From NCBI GenBank assembly GCA_025352685.1, contig JANXSN010000037.1, positions 8,316 through 72,315 on the forward strand: 64,000 bases of DNA. The letters are read 5' to 3'. Source of the stretch: Sphingomonadales bacterium. Its GTDB lineage: Bacteria > Pseudomonadota > Alphaproteobacteria > Sphingomonadales > Sphingomonadaceae. The notes beneath the pieces were generated by a model that saw nothing but the letters and a program-made list of their open reading frames with translations, had not been told where the DNA came from and made no database searches. Shown here one piece after another: positions 31,417 through 39,390 of this stretch. Every line of letters begins with the position of its first letter. Positions within the stretch are counted from its first letter, which is position 1. The position numbers were made by a program, and so were the translations under genes.

Positions 31417-32868
31417 TTAGCCTTCGTCCCCGATCTCGCCGTCGTCCATCAGGACAAAGCTGTCCTTGGTCCCGCCGCCTTGGCTCGAGTTCACGACCAG
31501 CGATCCTTCGCGCAGTGCTACCCGCGTGAGGCCGCCAGGAATGACTTTTACGCCGCTTGCCCCCGAAAGGACGAATGGGCGGAAATCGACATGACGCGGT
31601 GCAACGCCGCTTTCGACGAGTGTCGGTACGGTTGAGAGCGCCAGCGTTGGCTGGGCGATATAACGGTGCGGCTCGGCGACCAGCGCGGCGCGAAAATCTT
31701 CGATCTCTCTCTTTGACGCTGTTGGCCCGACCAGCATGCCATAGCCACCGGAACCATCCACCAGTTTCACCACAAGGTCGGAAAGGTTATCGAGCACATA
31801 CTTCAGCGCTTGCGGCTCACGGCACCGCCAGGTCTCGACGATTGGTAGTATCGGTTTTCCTCCTGCGTAAAACTTCACGATTTCAGGCATATAGCTATAG
31901 ATTGCCTTATCGTCGGCAATGCCTGTGCCGGGCGCGTTGACGAGGGCGACCTTGCCTGCGCGGTACGCTGCGATCAGGCCGGGAACTCCGAGCATGGAGT
32001 CGGGTCTGAACACCAGAGGATCGATATAGTCGTCATCGATACGACGGTAGATCACGTCTACGCGCACGCGTCCGGTAATCGTTCGCATCCACACGATGTC
32101 ATCGTCGACCTGAAGATCTGCGGCTTCAACAAGTTCGATGCCGAGCGAATCTGCCAGAAAACTGTGCTCGTAATACGCCGAGTTGAATCGACCTGGCGTC
32201 AGGATCACGCAAACCGGATCGCTGCCCGCACTTGCAGGAGCAACCGAGCGCAGCGTCTGGAGAAGCGCATCTCCATAGCTGTCGACGTGCTGAACCCGAT
32301 ACTGGCGGAACAGCTCAGGACACAAGCGGATCATCGCCTCGCGGTTTTCGAGCATGTAACTGACGCCCGACGGAGTCCGCGCGTTGTCCTCCAGCACCCA
32401 GAAATCGCCCGGGCCGGTGCGGACAAGGTCGATTCCGCAGATGTGCGACCATATGCCGTGGGGAGGGCGAGACCCCACAATCTCGCCGCGGAATTGCGGG
32501 TTGGCGAGGATCAGTTCGGGCGGCAGAATATTTTCGTCGAGGATCCGGCGTTTCCCATAAACATCGTCGAGGAACGCATTGATGGCCTCTACGCGTTGGA
32601 CAATGCCAACGCTCAGCATGTCCCATTCTGTTTTGGTGAACATTCGCGGGACGATATCGAACGGGATAATGCGCTCGGCGGCATCATCGTCTCCGTAGAC
32701 GGCAAAGGTAATGCCAAGTTGTCGAAAGGTTGCCTCGGCTGATTTCTGGCGACGGTCGAGTTCAGCTCGCGGCGTGTTGGAAAGCCAGTCAGCGAGGCCT
32801 GCAAACTCGGGACGCGCACTTTGGTCGCTGCTCGATCCCCACAGTTCGTCGAAAGGCTTTTGCTTCAT
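31417..32868 (-). CDS. circularly permuted type 2 ATP-grasp protein
   Basis: About 483 aa from the ATG at 32868 (MKQKPFDELW). IPFDIVPRMFTKTEWDMLSVGIVQRVEAINAFLDDVYG and VVKLVDGSGGYGMLVG blocks. Confidence 0.85.
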   Translation of the reverse strand: MKQKPFDELWGSSSDQSARPEFAGLADWLSNTPRAELDRRQKSAEATFRQLGITFAVYGDDDAAERIIPFDIVPRMFTKTEWDMLSVGIVQRVEAINAFLDDVYGKRRILDENILPPELILANPQFRGEIVGSRPPHGIWSHICGIDLVRTGPGDFWVLEDNARTPSGVSYMLENREAMIRLCPELFRQYRVQHVDSYGDALLQTLRSVAPASAGSDPVCVILTPGRFNSAYYEHSFLADSLGIELVEAADLQVDDDIVWMRTITGRVRVDVIYRRIDDDYIDPLVFRPDSMLGVPGLIAAYRAGKVALVNAPGTGIADDKAIYSYMPEIVKFYAGGKPILPIVETWRCREPQALKYVLDNLSDLVVKLVDGSGGYGMLVGPTASKREIEDFRAALVAEPHRYIAQPTLALSTVPTLVESGVAPRHVDFRPFVLSGASGVKVIPGGLTRVALREGSLVVNSSQGGGTKDSFVLMDDGEIGDEG

Positions 32869-32981
32869 TGCGTTGAGACTGCGCGGCTTTGCGGCAGTGC
32901 ACAAGGGGGAAGCGAAAGGGGGAACAGACTTGGGAATGCTGCGTTCTTTCGACCAGTTGCCCCCTAGACGAAACGAACACA

Positions 32982-33677
32982 GTGCATCGCAGCCCGTTTA
33001 CCGATGACCACCCCTTTATTGACAAGCTGGAGCGCTTTATCGCCAACCCTCAATTCCCATGTGTGGGGGCGAAGTCTGCGCTGGCGAAGCGTCAAATCAA
33101 GGTGGTCATAGCGCGGTCAATCACGAGTGCGTGGAACGATTTGACGATTCACGAGGCGCTGATGAAATTTGCTGGTGACTATCATCGCAATCGGAAGCTG
33201 TTCCAGTCGCTCGCCGTCATTTTCGAAGGGCCGCGAACGATCACCGAAGCCTGTTTTGAGGAATCGATGTGGAACCGGATCCAGTCGATCAGTGACAAGG
33301 ATGTGTGGCTGGGCCAGAAATACGACAAAAGGGTGTCGCCAGACCCCACAAATCCCCACTTCTCGCTGAGCTTCGCCGGAGAAGCATTTTTTGTGGTAGG
33401 ATTGCATCCTCACGCCAGCCGAAAGGCGCGGCGCTTCGTGGCGCCGACGATGATCTTTAATCTTCACGACCAGTTCGAACGCCTGCGTTCGGAAGGCCGT
33501 TACGAGAAGCTGCGTGGCAATATCCAGGTCCGCGACGAACACTTTTCGGGGTCCGTCAATCCAATGTTGTCGCGACACGGCGAACTCTCGGAGGCACGGC
33601 AATATTCAGGTCGCACCGTCGGTGAAGAATGGGGCTGCCCATTCGCTTATCAGGGGACGATGCGGGATGCTGCTTGA
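32982..33677 (+). CDS. YqcI/YcgG family protein
   Basis: FIANPQFPCVGAKSAL..., HFSLSFAGEAFFVVGLHPHASRKARRF, as I recall for PF08892. Start is uncertain (GTG 32982 preferred over 32889, which would overlap the divergent gene). Confidence 0.7.
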   Translation: MHRSPFTDDHPFIDKLERFIANPQFPCVGAKSALAKRQIKVVIARSITSAWNDLTIHEALMKFAGDYHRNRKLFQSLAVIFEGPRTITEACFEESMWNRIQSISDKDVWLGQKYDKRVSPDPTNPHFSLSFAGEAFFVVGLHPHASRKARRFVAPTMIFNLHDQFERLRSEGRYEKLRGNIQVRDEHFSGSVNPMLSRHGELSEARQYSGRTVGEEWGCPFAYQGTMRDAA

Positions 33678-34272
33678 ACGAACGCGGGCCGTCACCCGAG
33701 GGCGTATCCAACCGCGGTCGGGCGTGGCGTTTACGATGATGGCGGGACAGACGCTTACTGTCACCGACCCGATGGGGCGTCAGGTAGCCGACCTACTGGC
33801 CTTCAACACTACCGATGTTGGGGAAGCGATCTCATCCGGGCGCACGCTTGATTATGCGAGTAAAATCTATCTCACGACGGGTGATACGCTCTGGTCGAAC
33901 CGTTCGAGCCCGATGCTGGATATTGTCGAGGATATGGTCGGGCGCCACGATTTCTTGCTGACGCCGTGTTCCAAGGATACGTTCCGGATCATCTACGGTC
34001 ACAAGGAGCCGCATCGGGGTTGCTTCGGCAATCTGGCCGCCGCGCTCGCTCCCTACGGCGTGGCTGATGATGCCATCCCGGTTGCCTTTAACTGCTTCAT
34101 GAATGTGCCGATCGAGTCGGATGGGAGCTTTGCGGTCCTGCCTCCACTTAGTCGTGCAGGGGATTACATTCGTTTCGAGGCAAAAATGGACCTGATCATC
34201 GGCCTCACGGCGTGTTCAGCGCTCCAATCGAACGGCGGCAGCTTCAAGCCGATCGACTGGACGCTCGATTAG
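33667..34272 (+). CDS. DUF1989 domain-containing protein (urea-carboxylase-associated family)
   Basis: The ATG at 33667 overlaps the upstream gene by 11 nt. GQTLTVTDPMGRQVADLLAF, GRHDFLLTPCS, NCFMNVP blocks. Confidence 0.7.
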   Translation: MLLERTRAVTRGRIQPRSGVAFTMMAGQTLTVTDPMGRQVADLLAFNTTDVGEAISSGRTLDYASKIYLTTGDTLWSNRSSPMLDIVEDMVGRHDFLLTPCSKDTFRIIYGHKEPHRGCFGNLAAALAPYGVADDAIPVAFNCFMNVPIESDGSFAVLPPLSRAGDYIRFEAKMDLIIGLTACSALQSNGGSFKPIDWTLD

Positions 34273-34450
34273 ATGCTAATCACTCGTGCCGTGGTCGCTG
34301 CATCCGCAGCAGGTATGAGGTTCGACCGACTCGTCTGGCATCCGCACTGAGGCGTGCGCCTCGGCCTAGAACGATCAGACGCGAATGATGACGTTGGTTG
34401 GTTGATGCTGCGGCTCACCAGGAGATCGTCGCGACAACGACAAGAGGCCG

Positions 34451-35152
34451 CTAGGCCACCTCGGCGATCAGCATGTCTTCCGCGTCGCGCAGCACATAGC
34501 CCCGGCCCCAGACAGTCTCGATGTAGTTGTCGCCGCTGCAGGCCAGGCTGAGCTTCTTGCGCAGCTTGCAGATGAACACGTCAATGATCTTGAGCTCGGG
34601 CTCGTCCATGCCACCGTACAGGTGGTTGAGGAACATTTCCTTCGTCAGCGTTGTTCCTTTGCGGAGCGAAAGCAGCTCCAGCATCGCGTATTCCTTGCCA
34701 GTCAGGTGAACGCGCGAACCGTCGACTTCAACGGTCTTGGCGTCGAGATTTACGGCAAGCTTGCCGGTGCGGATGACCGACTGACTGTGTCCCTTCGAAC
34801 GCCTGACGACGGCGTGAATGCGGGCGACGAGTTCGTCGCGATGAAAAGGCTTGGTGACGTAATCGTCGGCACCAAAGCCGAACGAGCGCACTTTGGAATC
34901 CATCTCGCTAATGCCCGAGAGGATGAGGACGGGTGTTTGCACCTTGGCGACGCGCAACTTCTTCAGCACATCATAGCCGTGCATATCGGGCAAGTTGAGG
35001 TCAAGGCAGATGATATCGTAATCGTAGAGCTTGCCGAGGTCCAAGCCCTCTTCGCCCAAGTCCGTGGTGTAGACGTTGAAACCCTCTGACGAGAGCATCA
35101 GCTCGATGGCCTTGGCCGTGGTCGGCTCGTCCTCGATCAACAACACGCGCAT
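34451..35152 (-). CDS. ctrA: cell-cycle response regulator CtrA (OmpR family)
   Basis: [67 protein letters not shown]... is very close to known CtrA proteins. C-terminal wHTH. Confidence 0.9.
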   Translation of the reverse strand: MRVLLIEDEPTTAKAIELMLSSEGFNVYTTDLGEEGLDLGKLYDYDIICLDLNLPDMHGYDVLKKLRVAKVQTPVLILSGISEMDSKVRSFGFGADDYVTKPFHRDELVARIHAVVRRSKGHSQSVIRTGKLAVNLDAKTVEVDGSRVHLTGKEYAMLELLSLRKGTTLTKEMFLNHLYGGMDEPELKIIDVFICKLRKKLSLACSGDNYIETVWGRGYVLRDAEDMLIAEVA

Positions 35153-35246
35153 GCGACGCCCCTTTTCTCGCCTGGATCCCACGCGGCCTGTCCAATCGGA
35201 CCTACCGCACCACTTAATTAACCAAATACCGAATGAAGGGAAAAGG

Positions 35247-35261
35247 TTAATTCGCAGTTAA
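35247..35261. promoter_or_regulatory. CtrA box TTAA-N7-TTAA upstream of ctrA
   Basis: On the ctrA strand it reads TTAACTGCGAATTAAC, about 95-110 nt upstream of the ctrA ATG. It overlaps the stop codon of the LysR gene. A second TTAATTAA lies at 35214-35221. Confidence 0.5.
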
Positions 35262-36181
35262 TTGGCGGAATCGCGCGAGTCGCTCGATCTGGGACTGGCG
35301 AGGGCTTCGACGAGGAAGGCAATCAGTGCTTCGACGCGCAGTGCCCGCAGGCGTCCGGGTGGTGTAACGAGGTGAAGCGCAGACGAGGGGGCATGCCAGT
35401 CGGGTAGGACGCGAACGATGGCGCCGCGACGCCGGGCGTCGACACCGATAAAGTCGGGAAGACTGACGATCCCATGCCCCGCAATGGCGGCTGGAATCAT
35501 CACATCGGCGTTGTTGGCGCGCACGCGCCCGTTCAAATGCACGACGGCTTCCTCATTGCCGCGGGTCAGACGCAGTGTCTGCTGGTTGGCTGCATAGCTG
35601 TAGGAAAATAGCTGATGATGGCTGAGCTCAAGAGGATGGGATGGATCGCCGTGTCGCTCAATATATGCCGGAGACGCATAGAGGCCGACCTCGACCGGGC
35701 GTAACGTGCGGGCGATTAGATTTGAATCGCCGAGTGCTCCAATCCGGAGTGCGACATCGAAGCCATCGCCGACCAGATCGACTCTGGCATCGCTTAGATG
35801 GAGGTCGACCGAGATGTCGGGATAAACGTCGAGAAAGCCGGCAACGAGCGGCCCCACGTGCGAGAGGCCAAAGCTCATCGGGACGGCGAGCCGGACCGTA
35901 CCCGAGGCGCGCCCCGCTTCCTCGCGCGCGGATTCCTCGGCGGCCGTCGCACCCGCAAGGATCGCTTGTGCCCGCTCGACGAGTGCTGCGCCGCTCTCCG
36001 TCAGTGCGAGGCGCCGTGAGGTTCGATGGAACAGGGAAACCCCCAGCAGGGCTTCAAGGCGGGTGATTGCTTTCGAAACCGTTGCTTTTGACAATCCAAG
36101 CGTTGTTGCGGCGCCGCTGAACGAGCGCTGCTCCGCAACGGTCGCGAATATGGCCCAGCCTTGAAAATCCGGAAGCGACAT
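35258..36181 (-). CDS. LysR family transcriptional regulator
   Basis: FATVAEQRSFSGAATTLGLSKATVSKAITRLE HTH. Divergent from the pirin gene. Confidence 0.88.
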   Translation of the reverse strand: MSLPDFQGWAIFATVAEQRSFSGAATTLGLSKATVSKAITRLEALLGVSLFHRTSRRLALTESGAALVERAQAILAGATAAEESAREEAGRASGTVRLAVPMSFGLSHVGPLVAGFLDVYPDISVDLHLSDARVDLVGDGFDVALRIGALGDSNLIARTLRPVEVGLYASPAYIERHGDPSHPLELSHHQLFSYSYAANQQTLRLTRGNEEAVVHLNGRVRANNADVMIPAAIAGHGIVSLPDFIGVDARRRGAIVRVLPDWHAPSSALHLVTPPGRLRALRVEALIAFLVEALASPRSSDSRDSAN

Positions 36182-36185
36182 TTTG

Positions 36186-36209
36186 GAAACAGTGCCTTTC
36201 GATTGTTTC
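36186..36209. promoter_or_regulatory. inverted repeat GAAACA-N12-TGTTTC in the lysR/pirin divergent region
   Basis: Perfect 6-bp arms immediately upstream of the lysR ATG. Compatible with a LysR-type T-N11-A site. Confidence 0.35.
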
Positions 36210-36253
36210 TATTTACCAAGCGATGCTGAACCCTAAATACGAACCGATCAACT

Positions 36254-37009
36254 TTGACGGAAGCAAGTTCGATGACTGCTCATTCCATTCGCGATGCGAA
36301 CCTCATTGACGTCCGCCGGTTTACGTCGCTCGGCGCGGCCAACCACGGCTGGCTCGACGCGCACCACCATTTTTCGTTCGGCTCGTATCGTGATCTCGGA
36401 CGGATGGGTTGGGGCAGCATCCTGGTGTGGAACGACGATAAAATCGCCCCAAATACTGGATTCCCGCCGCACCCGCACAGCGACATGGAAATCATAACAT
36501 ACGTCCGTTCGGGGGCTATCACTCACGAAGATTCGATGGGTAACAAGGGGCGAACCGAGGCTGGTGATGTTCAGGTCATGAGCGCCGCGTCGGGCATCCG
36601 CCATGCCGAATATAACGTTGAGGCCGACGCGACGACGCTGTTCCAGATCTGGATCGAGCCGACCTCGCGCGGCGGCGCACCGGCTTGGGGCGCCAAACCC
36701 TTTCCCAAGGGCGATCGCGCGGGCCGCTGGTCAGTGCTGGCCAGCGGGTTCGCAGATGCGTCCCCGGAGGATCGCGATGCGCTGCCGATCCGCACCGATG
36801 CGCGGGTGTTGGGTGCGACGTTGAAGGCTGGAGACGTGCTCACGCACGAAGTTGGCGCCGGGCGTCATGCCTATTTGGTGCCCGCGCTCGGGCGGCTCGA
36901 TCTCGACGGCACGACCGTCAATGCTCGCGACGGCGTGGCGCTGGGCGCCGGCAGCTATACAATCCGTGCTCTCGAAGAGGCCGAAATCGTCCTCGTCGAC
37001 GCAGCTTGA
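36254..37009 (+). CDS. pirin family protein
   Basis: HGWLDAHHHFSFG and FPPHPHSDMEIITYV cupin metal-binding blocks. Start at 36254 or 36272. Confidence 0.88.
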   Translation: MTEASSMTAHSIRDANLIDVRRFTSLGAANHGWLDAHHHFSFGSYRDLGRMGWGSILVWNDDKIAPNTGFPPHPHSDMEIITYVRSGAITHEDSMGNKGRTEAGDVQVMSAASGIRHAEYNVEADATTLFQIWIEPTSRGGAPAWGAKPFPKGDRAGRWSVLASGFADASPEDRDALPIRTDARVLGATLKAGDVLTHEVGAGRHAYLVPALGRLDLDGTTVNARDGVALGAGSYTIRALEEAEIVLVDAA

Positions 37010-37023
37010 TTTTACCCCAATCA

Positions 37024-37634
37024 ATGGAGATAAAAACGGCAAAGGCGTTGGTTCTTTATTATTCCGCTTACGGGCACATTGAAACGATGGCGAACGCCCG
37101 CGGCTGACGGCGCCCGCAGTGAGGGCGCAACCGTCGACGTGAAACGGGTGCCCGAGACGGTGCCCGAAGATATCGCCCGCACCACCCATTTCAAGCTCGA
37201 TCAGCTTGCGCCCGTCGCGACGATTGCCGATCTTGAAAGATATGACGCCATCATCGTTGGTACGGGGACGCGCTTTGGCCGGCTCTCGTCGCAAATGGCG
37301 GCGTTTCTCGACCAAGCTGGCGGCCTGTGGGCTAAAGACGCGCTCAATGGCAAGATCGGCGGGGCCTTTACCTCAAGTGCCTCGCAGCACGGCGGCAATG
37401 AAACCACGCTGTTTTCAATCCTTACGAACCTGTTGCACTTTGGCATGACGATCGTTGGTCTCGACTATGGCCACACGGAGCAGATGGGTCACGAAACGGT
37501 CGTCGGCGGCGCGCCCTAGGACGCGACGACGATTGCCGGCGGGTAAGGCGAGCGTTCCATCCCAAGCTGAACTGGACGGTGCGCGCTATCAAGGCCGTCG
37601 CGTCGCCGAAGTTGTCGCCAAGGTGTTTGGCTAG
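37024..37634 (+). pseudogene. wrbA: NAD(P)H:quinone oxidoreductase WrbA, decayed
   Basis: [25 protein letters not shown] stops after a frameshift near 37098. It continues in another frame ([20 protein letters not shown]...[22 protein letters not shown]...). In-frame TAG at 37517-37519 falls where Tyr of PYGATTIAGG is expected. TAA at 37544-37546. A second frameshift near 37557 precedes SQAELDGARYQGRRVAEVVAKVFG*. Confidence 0.75.
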
Positions 37635-37729
37635 GCCTGCGATCTCTCCATCGGTGCGGGCGACAAGAGATCCGACCCCGGCCAAGGAAGGGACTGCCGC
37701 ATCGGCATTTATGCGGCTAAGGCCCAGCG

Positions 37730-38383
37730 ATGCTGCTTGCTGACCGTGTTTTATTCATCGACGCCGAGGCGATGGTCCTCGACAAGCCGGCCGGCCTTGC
37801 CGTCGATCCGCCGCGCGACGGATCGCTGTCAGTCGCATCGCACCTCGATTCGTTGCGGTTCGGGTTCGAACGGAGGCCGCTGCCGGTCCACCGTCTCGAC
37901 CGCGACACGTCGGGCTGCCTGCTGCTGGCGCGCAATCCGCGCATCCACAAGAAATTTCAGATGGCGTTTGAAAAGGGCGAGGTGTCAAAAACCTATCTCG
38001 CGGTGCTCGACGGCATCCCGAAGGAAGCCGACGGACGTGTTGACCTGCCACTCAACAAAGTGAGTACGGCCAAGGATGGCTGGCGCATGATTGTTGAAAA
38101 GCGCGGCAAAACATCCGTAACAAACTGGGCAGTTGTCGGTTTTTCCAGCGGACGCGCGCTGGTGCGGCTCGCGCCCGAGACAGGGCGCACGCATCAGTTG
38201 CGTGTCCATGCTGCTTCGGGGATCGGCGTGCCGATCCTGGGTGATCCGGTCTATGGGAACGGTGGCGACGAGATGTTGCTCCATGCCTATGCACTGTCGG
38301 TGCCGCGCGACAATCATCCCGCCGTCAACGCAGTTGCCCCGCTGCCACAGCGATTTGTCGATCTCGGTTTTTCCTATGGCTGA
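37730..38383 (+). CDS. RluA family pseudouridine synthase (short form)
   Basis: LDKPAGLAV and HRLDRDTSGCLLLA catalytic-Asp block, GRTHQLRVH. Confidence 0.85.
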   Translation: MLLADRVLFIDAEAMVLDKPAGLAVDPPRDGSLSVASHLDSLRFGFERRPLPVHRLDRDTSGCLLLARNPRIHKKFQMAFEKGEVSKTYLAVLDGIPKEADGRVDLPLNKVSTAKDGWRMIVEKRGKTSVTNWAVVGFSSGRALVRLAPETGRTHQLRVHAASGIGVPILGDPVYGNGGDEMLLHAYALSVPRDNHPAVNAVAPLPQRFVDLGFSYG

Positions 38384-38786
38384 GATTGCGCAGCCGTTGC
38401 CTGAGGAGGCGCTGGAGGAAGTGTTTCTCGCCGGAACGGGGCCGGGTGGGCAAAATGTCAACAAGGTCGCGACAGCAGTGCAAATGCGGCTTGACGTCTA
38501 TGCGTTGCGCTTATCGCCCGTTGTTTATCAAAGGTTGAAGGCGCTGGCAGGGAGCCGCTGGACGAACGACGGTGAGATTGTGATCACCGCGCGATCGTAC
38601 CGCACCCGTGAGGCCAACCGTACCGATGCCCGCGCACGGCTGGCCGACCTTGTAGTCAAGGCGCACCTCGTGCCCGCCCGACGGGTGAAAACGCGGCCAT
38701 CAAGATCGGCAAAGGAAAAACGGATGCTCGGCAAAGCCGTGCGCGGCGAGGTCAAGCGCGGGCGTGGTAAAGTGGAGTTTGACTGA
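38376..38786 (+). CDS. arfB: alternative ribosome-rescue factor ArfB (peptidyl-tRNA hydrolase, YaeJ family)
   Basis: 136 aa. GPGGQNVNKV GGQ motif and a basic C-terminal tail (RRVKTRPSRSAKEKRMLGK...). 8-nt overlap with the upstream gene. Confidence 0.88.
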   Translation: MAEIAQPLPEEALEEVFLAGTGPGGQNVNKVATAVQMRLDVYALRLSPVVYQRLKALAGSRWTNDGEIVITARSYRTREANRTDARARLADLVVKAHLVPARRVKTRPSRSAKEKRMLGKAVRGEVKRGRGKVEFD

Positions 38787-39271
38787 TGTACGATTTCAAG
38801 ACGGCTGCCACCGACAAGCCCGCGTTCTATCGCGATCTCCTGTCCGCCGCCGATGCGCTCACCGCAAGTGAGCGCGATGCGATCGCCAACATGGCCAATG
38901 TAGCAGCGTTGATCTTCGACTGGATGCCGAGGTTGAATTGGGCGGGGTTCTATCGCGTGATCGGGGGCGAACTCGTGCTCGGCCCGTTTCAAGGCAAAGC
39001 AGCCTGCATTCGTATCCGGTTCGGGCAGGGCGTGTGCGGTGTTGCGGCGGCGACGGGCTCCAGCCAGTTGATCGAGGACGTGGAATCCTTTCCCGGTCAT
39101 ATCGCCTGCGATGCTGCAAGCCGGTCGGAGCTCGTCGTGCCCGTCGTCGTGAACGGTGCGGTCATCGCGGTTATCGACCTCGACAGTCCCGACCTGGCTC
39201 GGTTCGATGCTACAGATCGAACCGGAATGGAGGCCCTGGCCGGGCTACTCGAAACCCGTATCTGCCCCTGA
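38786..39271 (+). CDS. GAF domain-containing protein (free methionine-R-sulfoxide reductase-like)
   Basis: NWAGFYRVIGGELVLGPFQGKAACIRIRFGQGVCG and HIACDAASRSELVVPV blocks. TGATG overlap with arfB. Confidence 0.8.
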   Translation: MYDFKTAATDKPAFYRDLLSAADALTASERDAIANMANVAALIFDWMPRLNWAGFYRVIGGELVLGPFQGKAACIRIRFGQGVCGVAAATGSSQLIEDVESFPGHIACDAASRSELVVPVVVNGAVIAVIDLDSPDLARFDATDRTGMEALAGLLETRICP

Positions 39272-39339
39272 ACGGGACACTTCGCCGTTGCGTCGTTGCC
39301 TTTCAAGAACACCGGGAAAATGCTAATAATTTATTAAGC

Positions 39340-39367
39340 AAACGGCGGAAATGCCCGCGTTTTTTTG
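39340..39367 (+). terminator. candidate intrinsic terminator after the GAF gene
   Basis: aaacg(g)cgg / aaatgc / ccgcgttt followed by a run of 7 T. Short stem with a bulge. Confidence 0.4.
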
Positions 39368-39390
39368 TGGATTGTTACGGAGCATTTACC

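Noticed and set aside
38938-39390. N-terminal extension of ORF 38938-40353
   Set aside because: It overlaps the GAF gene in another frame and has an Arg-rich implausible sequence. A signal peptide begins at the ATG at 39391, after a terminator-like T-run.
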